Shown: positions 42,704 to 52,668, counted from the first letter of the stretch. The stretch: 64,000 bases of DNA from Gemmatimonadota bacterium (GCA_963666735.1 OY762926.1:928001-992000); one strand, 5' to 3'. The notes: generated from the sequence alone by a model not told the origin. A program made the numbers and translations.

Positions 42704-45219
42704 TTGGGCGTCAGCATCACCCGGTCGGCGACCGCGGCTTCGACTCGCTCCCGCGAGTAGTAGAGTGGGAAGAAGCGGTCCTTCGCCCAGCCCTCGAACA
42801 GGTTCCGGTACATCGGATCGTCCGGGTCTCCCCCCTGTCCCGGCGTGTTCGTGAACACGGCCGTGTCCCAATCGCCGGCCTCCGCGATGATCCGGAAGGA
42901 GGGACCCGACGTCTGGTTGTCCCCGCCTCCCGTCTGGTTCACGGTGAAGCCGTTGCCGCCGCGCGGGAGCGGTCCCACCTCGAGGCGCGCGCGCATTTCG
43001 GCGTTCACGATCCCGGACAGCGGGTGCCGGAACCGTGCGTGCTTGAAGCGCACGTCGCCGTAGCGCCAGGGGTCGCCGCCGAAGCGGTCCTCCAGTCCGT
43101 CCAGGGCGTCGGCCAGCGTGCGGGCGAGGAAGGCGTCGCGACCCGCCACGGGATCCCCGTCTCCGAGCGCCGCGAACCAGGCCGGGGGCGAGCCGAGCCA
43201 GTCGATGATCTTCTTCATCGACAGACGCCCCAGCGACGCGCGGACGTCGGCGGGGACGACGAGCGGCACCATCTGTCTCTGAATCTCACGCTCCCAGGAG
43301 ACGTAGATCGCCGCCTCGCGGGACTCCTGAGCCAACGCGAAGTCCCAGTTCAGCAGCTCCTCCCGCGCGGACTGCGCCCCCGGGGGCAGGTCGACGCCGC
43401 GCAGCATCGGCACCAGCGAGCGTGCCGGGAGCGACACGTAGTCGGTCGCCAACTGCATCATCTCCGACATCGTGAAGCGCTTCCCCGACGCGAGGACTTC
43501 GTCGATGCGCGCGCTCCGGAACGGGTCGCTCCAACTCCAGCCGACGGCATCGCGGTGCTCGTAGCCGGGCGGCACGAGGTTCTGGTTCGCCGTCGACCAG
43601 AACCCCTTCTCCGGATTGAACACGTGCGGCTTGTGCCGGATCTCGAGGTAGCCGTCCCACTCGTAGCGGCCGTCCCCCGGCACCGGGACGAGACCCGACC
43701 AGTTGCGGCGGATGGGCGCGATCCCCACGGACTGCCAGCCGATGTTCCCGTCCACGTCGGCCCACACCATGTTCTCGCCGGGGATGTTCGAGTAGTTGCA
43801 GGCGTCCCGGAACTCTTCCCACGTCTTCGCCTGGTTCATGCGCAGGCTGGCGAGGTAGGGCGCGCCGCCGGTCTCCATCCACCCGGCGCGCACCGCGTAG
43901 GCGAGATCGTTGTCCCGGTCCTCGTACACGACGGGGCCGTGCCGCGTGTACCGGTGCCGGACGCGCTCGGGCTCCCGCCCTTCGACCGTGATCTCGTCGT
44001 CGATGACGCGCATCGCCTCCCAGGCGCCGCGGTATGAGTAGCGGTCCGGGTCGTCCGGGTGGGTTCGGTAGACGTAGAGGTCCTCGGCGTCCGTCTGGAA
44101 GACGGTCAGCCCCCACGCTCCGTACCCGTTGTGCCCGATCGAGATGCCCGGGAGGACCGGCTCGCCCCCGCCGATCACGTTCCAGCCCGGCCCGACGAGA
44201 TGGACGAGGTAGCGCAGCGACGGGGCCGCCTGCACCCGGTGCGGGTCGTTCGCCATCAGCGCGTGTCCGCTCAGCGTGCGGCTCCCGGCCACGACCCAGT
44301 TGTTGCTTCCCGTCCCCAGCCGCTCCGCCTCGAGGCGTCCCGCCTCGTACGCCCGGGCCTCGGCTTCCGCTTCGAGCGTCTGCAGGGCGAAGGCCTCCGC
44401 GTCGGAGGCGGTGGCGCGGAAGCGGGGCTCGATGTCCTCGGGCCGGAACCGGATGGGCCCGCGGAAGGCGCGGTACACATCGAGGATCTCGGGCCGCAGG
44501 AGCGAGCCGTCGATCGCGGGGTCGAGATCGATGTCCGGCTCCCCCGGGTGGAAGTAGGAGACTTCCTTCACCTTCTCCGAACCCACCGCCGCGACGGCGA
44601 TCCCCAGATCCAGTTCCTGCCCGATGTTCATGAGCAAGCCCTGGTGGCGGGAGATGACGACCTCCGGAGTCCACGGCTGCGGCCGGATCCCCAGCATCTC
44701 GAACTCGACCGGCAGGAGGCCGGGGTCGCGCTCCGTCTCGGCGATGTACGCGTTGATGCCGTCCGTGAAGGCCCGGATGATCTCGGCGCCGCGCGGGTGA
44801 TAGTGGTTCAGCTCCGCCTCGAGATCGCCGCGGAACCGGAACAGCCGGGCGCCGCGGTCGCGCTCCAGCTCACGGGGACCGAGGATTTCGGCAACCGTGC
44901 CCGTGGCCTGGCGGCGCCAGACTTCGAACTGGAAGAGGCGGTCCCGCGCCGCGCCGTACCCCTGCGCGAAGAAGAGGTCGTGCTCCGTCTCGGCGTAAAT
45001 GTGGCTGACACCCCACAGGTCCTTGAGGATCTCGACTCCGGCCTCGAGCCCGGGAACCCGCAGGGTCTCCGTGTCGACCGCATCGACGGCGGCGATCCGA
45101 TCCGGGACGCCGGCCCGAAGGTCGTCGACGGTCGGTGCGCCGGGCAGGTGTCCGCCGGAACTCCGGAGGACCGGCAGCAGGAGGATGAGCGCGAACAGCG
45201 TGACGGATCGGACCCGCAT
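42700..45219 (-). CDS. Penicillin acylase family protein (Ntn hydrolase, S45)
   Basis: Signal peptide, DLWGVSHIYA, DRLFQ, GSNNWV, ANDPH, TANQ, PGQ. Confidence 0.92.
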   Translation of the reverse strand: MRVRSVTLFALILLLPVLRSSGGHLPGAPTVDDLRAGVPDRIAAVDAVDTETLRVPGLEAGVEILKDLWGVSHIYAETEHDLFFAQGYGAARDRLFQFEVWRRQATGTVAEILGPRELERDRGARLFRFRGDLEAELNHYHPRGAEIIRAFTDGINAYIAETERDPGLLPVEFEMLGIRPQPWTPEVVISRHQGLLMNIGQELDLGIAVAAVGSEKVKEVSYFHPGEPDIDLDPAIDGSLLRPEILDVYRAFRGPIRFRPEDIEPRFRATASDAEAFALQTLEAEAEARAYEAGRLEAERLGTGSNNWVVAGSRTLSGHALMANDPHRVQAAPSLRYLVHLVGPGWNVIGGGEPVLPGISIGHNGYGAWGLTVFQTDAEDLYVYRTHPDDPDRYSYRGAWEAMRVIDDEITVEGREPERVRHRYTRHGPVVYEDRDNDLAYAVRAGWMETGGAPYLASLRMNQAKTWEEFRDACNYSNIPGENMVWADVDGNIGWQSVGIAPIRRNWSGLVPVPGDGRYEWDGYLEIRHKPHVFNPEKGFWSTANQNLVPPGYEHRDAVGWSWSDPFRSARIDEVLASGKRFTMSEMMQLATDYVSLPARSLVPMLRGVDLPPGAQSAREELLNWDFALAQESREAAIYVSWEREIQRQMVPLVVPADVRASLGRLSMKKIIDWLGSPPAWFAALGDGDPVAGRDAFLARTLADALDGLEDRFGGDPWRYGDVRFKHARFRHPLSGIVNAEMRARLEVGPLPRGGNGFTVNQTGGGDNQTSGPSFRIIAEAGDWDTAVFTNTPGQGGDPDDPMYRNLFEGWAKDRFFPLYYSRERVEAAVADRVMLTPN

Positions 45220-45239
45220 CGGATTCTCCTTGTGTGGTC

Positions 45240-46082
45240 TTAGGACCCCGCGGCCTTCTTCTTCTCCGGCTCGCCCTCCGCCTGATCCTCGGCCCCGGCT
45301 TCCGCCTCATCGGCACCGGAGACGCTCGCCCGGAGCGCGGCCATGAGGTCGATGACCTGCGCCGTCGTTTCCTCCTCGGCGGGCGCGGCGATCTCGGTGC
45401 CGTCGGCGACCTTCCGCTCGATCGCCTCGAGCATGCGCTGCCCGACTTCATCCTCGTACCTGGACGGATCGAAGCTCTCCGAGGCGATCTGCTCGATCAA
45501 CTGGACGGCGAGCCCGAGTTCCGCATCGGCAACCTCGCCCTCTCCCGACGGCACGTCGGCGATATCCCGCACCTCGTGCGCGTAGTGCAGTTGTTCCAGC
45601 ACGAGGTGATCCCCGACCGGCCGCACGAGGACGAGGTACTGCTTGCCGCGCGCCGCGTACTTCGCGAGCGCGGCCCAGCCCGTCTTCGTCATCGCCGCCC
45701 CGAGCAGGCGGTAGGCCTTGTCTCCCCCGCGCGCGGGCCCGAGATAGTACGTCTTTCCGATATACGCCCGCTCGACCTGGTCCAGCGGCACGAATTCGAC
45801 GATCTCGATCGCCCGCGTCGCCGCCGCCTCCAGCGCCTTCAGTTCCTCCGGCTTGAACGTCACGAACTGGTCCTTCGCGAACTGATAGCCCCTCACGAGA
45901 TCGCCGCGGGGGATCGGCTCCCCGGTCTTCGCGTCCACGTACTGCTGCTTCACGCGGGCCCCGTCGGGGGAGAGGAAGTTGAAGCGGACTTTCTGCGAGT
46001 TCTCGGCGGACGAATAGAGCTGGCACGGGATCGAAACGAGCCCGAACGAGATCGTCGCCGTTGCGATGGGTCGAGGTGACAT
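45240..46082 (-). CDS. ku: NHEJ DNA end-binding protein Ku
   Basis: ISFGLVSIP, VRGY, IEIVEFVP, YYLGP, AYRLL, VIDLMAALRASV. Confidence 0.94.
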   Translation of the reverse strand: MSPRPIATATISFGLVSIPCQLYSSAENSQKVRFNFLSPDGARVKQQYVDAKTGEPIPRGDLVRGYQFAKDQFVTFKPEELKALEAAATRAIEIVEFVPLDQVERAYIGKTYYLGPARGGDKAYRLLGAAMTKTGWAALAKYAARGKQYLVLVRPVGDHLVLEQLHYAHEVRDIADVPSGEGEVADAELGLAVQLIEQIASESFDPSRYEDEVGQRMLEAIERKVADGTEIAAPAEEETTAQVIDLMAALRASVSGADEAEAGAEDQAEGEPEKKKAAGS

Positions 46083-46247
46083 CCTGTGCCTCTCCGTGTG
46101 CGCGCCGAACCGCCGGCGCGATGCCGGCCCCGATGCCGGCCCCGCGGCATGATGCCGGACCGGGGGGCGGAATAATAGGTTGCGGCCGGGATTGTCGCAC
46201 AGAGCGGGAGCGACGCGAGCGGGCAGCGACAGGGGGCGCCTGCAGGC

Positions 46248-48830
46248 ATGCCACGAGAAAAACTCGAGGAATACCGGGACAAGCGCGCGTCCGAGCGCAC
46301 GCCGGAGCCCTTCGGCGGGGCGCCCGGGACGGGGGCCGGCGTGTTCGTGGTCCAACTGCACGCGGCGACCCGGCGGCACTACGACCTTCGACTGGAGATC
46401 GGGGGCGTCCTCGTCTCATGGGCGGTGCCAAAGGGCATCTCCGCCGATCCCGCCGACAAGAAGCTCGCGGTCCACGTCGAGGATCATCCGGTCGAATACA
46501 TCGAGTTCGAGGGCGTGATTCCGGCCGGCGAGTACGGCGGAGGCGAGATGATCGTGTGGGACATCGGCCGCTGCATCATGCTCGAAGACCCGGAGGAGGG
46601 ACTGGAGACGGGCAAGCTCCTGTTCGAGCTTCGGGGCCACAAACTCAAGGGCGTGTGGACGCTCGTGCGGCTGGAGAAGGGGGAGACGGGAAAGGAATGG
46701 CTGCTCATCCGCGAGCGGCGCGGCGGGCACCCGATTCTCGAGGACGGGTCGCTCCCGGAGAGTTCCATCCTGTCCGGGCTCACGGTCGAGCAGATGGCGG
46801 AACGGGAGCGCGGCTGGTACCCGGGAGAAGACCTGGCCGCGGCCCTCGCGGAGGCGGGGGCGCCGGAGCGGCCGGTCGATCCTTCCGACATCCGGTTCAT
46901 GCTCGCCACTCCTCGCGAGGACGCCTTCGACGACCCCGCGTGGCACTTCGAACTCAAGCTGGACGGCTACCGCATGCTGGCCGCGGCGGTCGAGGGCGAG
47001 GCCAGCCTCCTGACGCGCAACGGACACGACGCGCTCCCCACCTTCCCCGACATCGCGCGCTCCCTGCGCAAGCTCCCCTACCGGCGGGTCGTGCTGGACG
47101 GCGAGGTCGTCGTCCACGACGCGGCGGGATACCCCAGCTTCCGGCGCCTGCAGAAGCGCGCCCGGCTCTCGCGTCCGATCGACATCCGGCGGGCCTCCTT
47201 CGAGGCGCCGGCGAGCTTCTACGCCTTCGACCTCCTCGCGTTCGATGGCCGCGACCTGCGCGACCTTCCGCTCGCCGAGCGGCGCCGCTTCCTGCGCGAC
47301 GTGGTGCCGGAAGCGGGTCCGATCCGCTTCAGCGAGCACTTCGAGGGGTGCGGGGAGGCCCTGCTCGGGCAGGTGCAGGGGATGGGTCTGGAGGGGATCA
47401 TGGCCAAGCGCGCCGACTCCCGGTACGTCGGAGGCCGTTCCCCCGCCTGGAGGAAGATCCACGCGGCCCGCCGGAACCGCTTCGTCATCGTCGGCTTCAC
47501 GAATCCGGCCGGTTCGCGGACGGGCTTCGGGGCCCTTCACCTGGGCGCCTACGGTCCGGCCGACTCCGCGCCGGAAGCGCCCGCCGGGGACGACGACCTC
47601 GCCCTCCACTACGTCGGCCGCGTCGGGACGGGCTTCGACGACAAGACGCTTACAGTCCTCCATGCCCGGCTCGACGACCTGAAATCGGATGCGCCCGCGT
47701 TCGTGACTCCGGCGCCGGCGGGAGACGAACACACCTGGGTCGAGCCCCGGCTCGTCGCCGAGATCCGCTACAAGGAAGTCACCGAGGGCGGCCTCCTCCG
47801 GCACGCCGTTTTTGTCGAAGTCGCGGACGTGCTCCCCACGGACTGCCGGCTTCCCCGGAACCCGCGCGCGGCCCTCCCCGATCCCGTGCGCGTGGACACG
47901 TCGCCCCCGCCCGTCGAGGAACTGCCGCTCTCGAATCTCGACAAGGTCTTCTGGCCGGAGGAGGGATACACGAAGGGGGACCTGATCGCGTACTACGGGG
48001 ACATCGCGCCGTGGCTGCTGCAGTTCCTGAAGGACCGGCCCCTCGTGCTGACGCGGTACCCGGACGGGATCGACGGAAAATCCTTCTTCCAGAAGAACGC
48101 GCCCGGATTCCAGCCCGAATGGGTGCGCACGGAAGCGATCCGGAGCAAGGGGTCCGGGCGGGACATCCACTACTTCATCGCCGACGACCCCGCGACGCTC
48201 GTGTTCGTGGCGAACCTGGGCGCCATCCCGCTTCACGTGTGGGCGAGCCGCATCGGGAGCCTGGACCGCCCCGATTGGTGCCTTCTCGACCTCGACCCGA
48301 AGCACAAGCGCGGCGACGAGGAAGTGTACGCGCCGTTCGGGGATGTGGTGGAAGTCGCGCGGACGATCGGCGAGTTGTGCGAGGAGATCGGACTGCCGAG
48401 CTATCCCAAGACGAGCGGATCTTCGGGGATCCATGTGATGATCCCGCTCGGCGGACAACTCGACTACGAGCAGTCGCGCACGCTCGCGCTCCTGCTCGCG
48501 AAGACGGTGGCGGCGGAGATTCCCGAGCGGGCCACGATCGTGCGGAACCCGGCGGGACGAGACGGCAAGATCTATATCGACTACGTCCAGAACGGCCGCG
48601 GACGGCTCGTGGTGGCGCCCTATTCCGTGCGGCCGCGGGCGGGAGCCACGGTGTCCGCGCCGCTCCGCTGGGCCGAGGTGGGACAGGGGCTCTCGATGGA
48701 GGACTTCACGATCCGGACGATGCCCGGGCGGGCCCGGGATCTGGACGCCGACCCGCTCCTGGGCGTGTTGTCGGACGAGCCCGACCTCATGGCGGCACTC
48801 GACGCCCTGCAGCGGAAGTTGGGCGGGTGA
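46248..48830 (+). CDS. ligD: NHEJ DNA ligase D (phosphoesterase-ligase-polymerase)
   Basis: FVVQLHAATRRHYDLRLE/SWAVPKG (PE), ELKLDGYR and EGIMAKR (LIG), RYPDGI, DLDP, KTSG (POL). Confidence 0.95.
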   Translation: MPREKLEEYRDKRASERTPEPFGGAPGTGAGVFVVQLHAATRRHYDLRLEIGGVLVSWAVPKGISADPADKKLAVHVEDHPVEYIEFEGVIPAGEYGGGEMIVWDIGRCIMLEDPEEGLETGKLLFELRGHKLKGVWTLVRLEKGETGKEWLLIRERRGGHPILEDGSLPESSILSGLTVEQMAERERGWYPGEDLAAALAEAGAPERPVDPSDIRFMLATPREDAFDDPAWHFELKLDGYRMLAAAVEGEASLLTRNGHDALPTFPDIARSLRKLPYRRVVLDGEVVVHDAAGYPSFRRLQKRARLSRPIDIRRASFEAPASFYAFDLLAFDGRDLRDLPLAERRRFLRDVVPEAGPIRFSEHFEGCGEALLGQVQGMGLEGIMAKRADSRYVGGRSPAWRKIHAARRNRFVIVGFTNPAGSRTGFGALHLGAYGPADSAPEAPAGDDDLALHYVGRVGTGFDDKTLTVLHARLDDLKSDAPAFVTPAPAGDEHTWVEPRLVAEIRYKEVTEGGLLRHAVFVEVADVLPTDCRLPRNPRAALPDPVRVDTSPPPVEELPLSNLDKVFWPEEGYTKGDLIAYYGDIAPWLLQFLKDRPLVLTRYPDGIDGKSFFQKNAPGFQPEWVRTEAIRSKGSGRDIHYFIADDPATLVFVANLGAIPLHVWASRIGSLDRPDWCLLDLDPKHKRGDEEVYAPFGDVVEVARTIGELCEEIGLPSYPKTSGSSGIHVMIPLGGQLDYEQSRTLALLLAKTVAAEIPERATIVRNPAGRDGKIYIDYVQNGRGRLVVAPYSVRPRAGATVSAPLRWAEVGQGLSMEDFTIRTMPGRARDLDADPLLGVLSDEPDLMAALDALQRKLGG

Positions 48831-50011
48831 GCGCCGCGGAGGGCGGCGCGCGCACACCGCCCGGGCGGCTGTCCGGGATCCCGGGGTTCGACATCGACGG
48901 GGTGGCGCGGGCGGCGGAGCACGACTCCGGCATCCTCCGGCTCGAGAACCTCGACACCGACCTGCGCCCGCCCGCGGCGGCGGTGGCCGCCACCCGTGCG
49001 GCGCTCGAATCGCCGGCTGCAAACAGCTACCTGCCGTTCACGGGCCGGGCCGGCCTTCGCGCGGCGGCCGCCCGGCACGTCGGCCGACTCGCCGGGCGCG
49101 AATACGACCCCGACCGGGAGTGCGTGATCACGGCGGGCGGCACGGAGGGCCTGTTCAACGCCCTGCTCGCCACGGTGGATCCGGGCGACGAAGTGGTCGT
49201 CACCGACCCCACGTACGCCGGCATGCTCCAGCGCGTGCGGCTGGCCGGCGCGGTCCCGCGGCTCGCGACCTGGGCCTTCGATCCCGCGGGGGGCTGGCGC
49301 CTCGACCTCGACGCCCTTGCCGGATGCGTCGGCCCCCGGACCCGGGCGCTCTTCATCATGAACCCGTCCATGCCGTCCGGCGGCGTGCTCGACGCCGGCG
49401 ACTGGGCAGTCGTGGCGGCACTCTGCGAGCGCCACGACCTGTGGCTCCTCTACAACGCGGCGATGGAACGGATCCTCTACGACGGCCGCCCGTACGTGCA
49501 CCCGGCGTCGCTCTCCGGAATGCGCGAGCGGACGCTCACGATCGGCTCGGTCTCCAAGGAGCACCGCATGATCGGCTGGCGCGTGGGCTGGGTGGTGGGA
49601 CCGGCCGCGGTCCTCGCCGCTGTCGCCAGAGTCGGCATCTACAACGTCGTGACGGGGGTCGGGATCGGGCAGCCCGGCGCGCTCGCGGCGCTGGCCGCTG
49701 GAGACGAAGCCGAGGACGTGGCCGCGAGCGTGGCGCGCTGGGAGCGACGGCGCGACGCGGTGATCGAGACGCTTCGGGACTACCCCGTCCGGTCCCCGGG
49801 CGGCGGCTGGTCGCTCCTCGTGGACACCCGGCCGCTGGGCCTCACCGCCCGCCATCTCTCCGAGCGTCTCCTGGCGGGAGCCGGCGTCGCCGCGACACCC
49901 ATGGACGCCTGGGGCGGCCCCGGCGGGGAATACCAACTCCGCCTCGTGTTCAGCAACGAACCCGTCGCTCGCCTCCGAAGGCTCGGCGTCCGCTTCTCCA
50001 AGGTTCTGTAG
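48827..50011 (+). CDS. PLP-dependent aminotransferase, class I/II
   Basis: TAGGTEGL, DPTY, NPSMPSG, SVSKEHRMIGWRVG; GTG start overlaps the ligD stop. Confidence 0.88.
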   Translation: MSAAEGGARTPPGRLSGIPGFDIDGVARAAEHDSGILRLENLDTDLRPPAAAVAATRAALESPAANSYLPFTGRAGLRAAAARHVGRLAGREYDPDRECVITAGGTEGLFNALLATVDPGDEVVVTDPTYAGMLQRVRLAGAVPRLATWAFDPAGGWRLDLDALAGCVGPRTRALFIMNPSMPSGGVLDAGDWAVVAALCERHDLWLLYNAAMERILYDGRPYVHPASLSGMRERTLTIGSVSKEHRMIGWRVGWVVGPAAVLAAVARVGIYNVVTGVGIGQPGALAALAAGDEAEDVAASVARWERRRDAVIETLRDYPVRSPGGGWSLLVDTRPLGLTARHLSERLLAGAGVAATPMDAWGGPGGEYQLRLVFSNEPVARLRRLGVRFSKVL

Positions 50012-50366
50012 CTCGGCCGGAACCGATATCGCGGTGACGATCTCGGACCGACCCTCGACACTCGTTACCTTGTTCGACATCTGTCAGATACTTAGATAGG
50101 TTTCTGACATACTGTGCTTCCCATCACCGGCCCAACGGGAACGGAGACGACAAATGCCGAGCCTGCCACGGACGCTTGGGTCATTCAGGTCCCTTCGGTG
50201 CGGTTCGAGCGACAACGACTCCGGCACCTCGCGCGCGGACCCCGGCCGCGTCCGCCTCGGCGGGACGCACAGCCCTTAGCTCTCTACGGAGCTTCGCGTG
50301 TAAGCTGCATAGCCGCGGCCGTCCTTATCCATGAGGCCACCGAGGCCTGCGGAGGCGGAGACCAAA

Positions 50367-50651
50367 ATGCCAGTACTTCTCCTGCTGTTGATCGTCGTGC
50401 TAGCGTCGCTACTGTTCGATCGTCGTACAGTGGGATTGCGGGTTGTCGTCGCCATCGGGCTGATCGCAATCATGTTTCGATCAGGAGTGGGGCCGGATGT
50501 CCCCCCCTTGGCGTGGTGGCTCATGGCGCTGGCCGTCGTTGAGATCGCAGCGCTCTGGATCGTCCGAGCAAACAAGGGGTTTTGGATAACGGGCGCCCGG
50601 AACCGATCAGGTCCGGCCGAACCGGGGAGATCGCATGCGAACAGTCCGTGA
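50367..50651 (+). CDS. Small hypothetical membrane protein (3 predicted TM segments)
   Basis: GGAG SD, ATG at 50367, three hydrophobic stretches, lower GC than its surroundings. Confidence 0.6.
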   Translation: MPVLLLLLIVVLASLLFDRRTVGLRVVVAIGLIAIMFRSGVGPDVPPLAWWLMALAVVEIAALWIVRANKGFWITGARNRSGPAEPGRSHANSP

Positions 50652-50738
50652 AGCCTTCCCCCGTTTTCTCGACTCTGAGAAGAGGCTGCTATGTGCAGGC
50701 TTCTGGCTATGTGCAGGGTTCTCCTTGTGACCCTTCAC

Positions 50739-52474
50739 CCCGGATCCTGCGATCGTTGGCGCGGGGCTCGTCCGGGAGGGCGGCCGTAGCCGGGCCGCGG
50801 AAGCCTTGACGATAGTGAGAGCATAGTGTCGGACTATGGAAAAGCACCATCCGGGGCCCTACGTTCAGAGGGACTGGACAAGAGTTCACCCCGGAACGGA
50901 GGACACCCGAATGGTGCGTGGAAACGACTATACCGGATCGCGCCCGCACGTGCAAGGATCGCCGGCGGCGCCGGGGGTCCGCGGCGGCGGCGTACGGATC
51001 ACCGACGCGGGCGGCCTGGTCGTGGTCCGGAGGCTGTGGGACGCGCTGGGGCTGGGCCGTTGGATCGACGACCGGACCGGGAACGTCCCCGGCCGCTACC
51101 GGCCGTCGCTGATGGTCGAGTTGTGGGTGGCGCTGCTCCTGTACGGCGGCGGGGTGATGGACGACCTGCCGCTTCTCGAGCGGCGGGGGGTACGCCGCAT
51201 CTTCGGCTGGAGGCGGGTGCCGCACCCGGCCACGTTCGGGCGCTGGCTGCGGCGCTCGGCCGCGGTGATGTCCCCCCTGCTCGACGAGCTTCTGTGGCGG
51301 ATGGTGCGGCGGCGCTGGGAGATGGCCGGCGGGGCGCCCCGGTCGGCGACGGTCGTCATGGACTCGACCGTCGTGGTGCGCTACGGGCTGAGACAGGCCG
51401 GGGCGGAGAAGGGCTACAATCCGAAGAAGCCGGGCCGTCCCTCGCACCATCCGCTGCTGGCCTACGTCTTGGAGACGGGCGACTGCCTCGGGGTGCGCTG
51501 GCGGCCGGGCAACGCGCACACGGCCGGGGGAGCCGAGGCGTGGCTGGCCGGGCTGGTGGCCCGCCTGAGGGAGGCGGGGGTGCGGGACATCACCGTGCGG
51601 CTGGACAAGGGGTTCTTCTCCAAGCGCATCGCGGCGAGCATGGAGGAGCTCGGCGTCTCCTATCTGCTCAAGGTGCCGCGGTACGGCTGGCTCGACGGCT
51701 TCCGGGGCGCCTGGGAGACGGCCACCGCCGACGGGGCCGGGGACCGGGAGCTGAGGACCGCCTCCGGCGAGCTGTGGGGGACGCGGCTTCTCTCGGTCGA
51801 GAGGCGGAGACGGACCGGCCCCGCGGAGGGGGAGCTCGATCTCGAGGCGTGGGAGACCGCGATGAGCGCCGACGTTCTGACCAACATCCGGGGCATCGGC
51901 CCCATCGAGGCGTGGCGCGCCTACAACGCGGGCGCGGTCGTCGAGCAGCGGATCGAGGAGTTGGGCCAGCTTTCGGCCGGGCGCACCGCGGTGGACGATC
52001 TGGGCGGAAACGCCCTCCTGTGGGGCCTCGCCGCGCTCGCCTACCAGCTCCTCCACATCCTGCGCGCGAACTGCCTCGGCCGTCGGTGGCGGGTCGTACA
52101 GCCGCGCGGCATCCGGCTGCGCCTGCTGCGCGCCCCGGCCAGGATCACCTCCCACGCCCGCCGAACCTCGCTCGGGTTCGCGCGCGGCGAACCGGCCCTC
52201 GGCCTCCTGCGGCGGGCGCTCCGCACCATCGAGAACGGCCTCCCGCCGCCCGCGCCCGCCTGACCGACCCCGGACCCGGCCTTGCGAAGGCGCCGCGCGG
52301 CGGCGCCCCGTTCCCGTGTCTCCGCGCGCCGCCCGGGGTCCCTCCCGAACCCCGCCGGCCCCCACCGAGGCCCGGTCCGGCCCCGAAAACGCCATCACCC
52401 GCGCCAAATCGCCACAGCCGCAGGTCATAATCGCGCCTCCGGCCGTCCGACTATGCACCAACGCAGGATCCGGG
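50739..52474 (+). mobile_element. IS1380-family insertion sequence, 1736 bp
   Basis: Perfect 13-bp terminal IR CCCGGATCCTGCG (50739-50751 / 52462-52474), flanked by direct repeat TTCAC (50734-50738 and 52475-52479). Confidence 0.92.
50836..52263 (+). CDS. IS1380-family DDE transposase
   Basis: TDAGGL, PHPATFGR, MDST, GYNP, HPLL, RPGNAHT, RLDKGF, YN...EQRIEE. Alternative start at 50911. Confidence 0.88.
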   Translation: MEKHHPGPYVQRDWTRVHPGTEDTRMVRGNDYTGSRPHVQGSPAAPGVRGGGVRITDAGGLVVVRRLWDALGLGRWIDDRTGNVPGRYRPSLMVELWVALLLYGGGVMDDLPLLERRGVRRIFGWRRVPHPATFGRWLRRSAAVMSPLLDELLWRMVRRRWEMAGGAPRSATVVMDSTVVVRYGLRQAGAEKGYNPKKPGRPSHHPLLAYVLETGDCLGVRWRPGNAHTAGGAEAWLAGLVARLREAGVRDITVRLDKGFFSKRIAASMEELGVSYLLKVPRYGWLDGFRGAWETATADGAGDRELRTASGELWGTRLLSVERRRRTGPAEGELDLEAWETAMSADVLTNIRGIGPIEAWRAYNAGAVVEQRIEELGQLSAGRTAVDDLGGNALLWGLAALAYQLLHILRANCLGRRWRVVQPRGIRLRLLRAPARITSHARRTSLGFARGEPALGLLRRALRTIENGLPPPAPA

Positions 52475-52668
52475 TTCACATTATGGGCGCCGGTAGCGTC
52501 GGCGGACTCGCGGCAACCCAAGATGTTTCGCTGGTAGCCAATCCCGAAGAATACCGCATCGGCGGACTTGACGCCCCGACATGGTCCGCGTTTGTGGAAC
52601 CACCGGCTCTCGTCCGAAACGCGCGACCGTACGGGGAGCGTGCTCGCGCCCACGTTTCTCCTTGACCG

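Larger units (their letters stand above)
50691..52665 (+). pseudogene. Small secreted-protein ORF interrupted by the IS (50691-50738 joined to 52480-52665)
   Basis: Removing the IS and one TTCAC restores an in-frame 77-aa ORF, MCRLLAMCRVLLVTLHIMGAGSVGGLAATQDVSLVANPEEYRIGGLDAPTWSAF..., with a signal-peptide-like start. Confidence 0.6.

Noticed and set aside
46061..50011. 1316-aa ORF suggesting a giant aminotransferase fusion
   Set aside because: The N-terminal part is an off-frame read of ligD; the real gene starts at GTG 48827.
50154..50279. 41-aa ORF with a GGAG upstream
   Set aside because: Too short and featureless to support as a gene.
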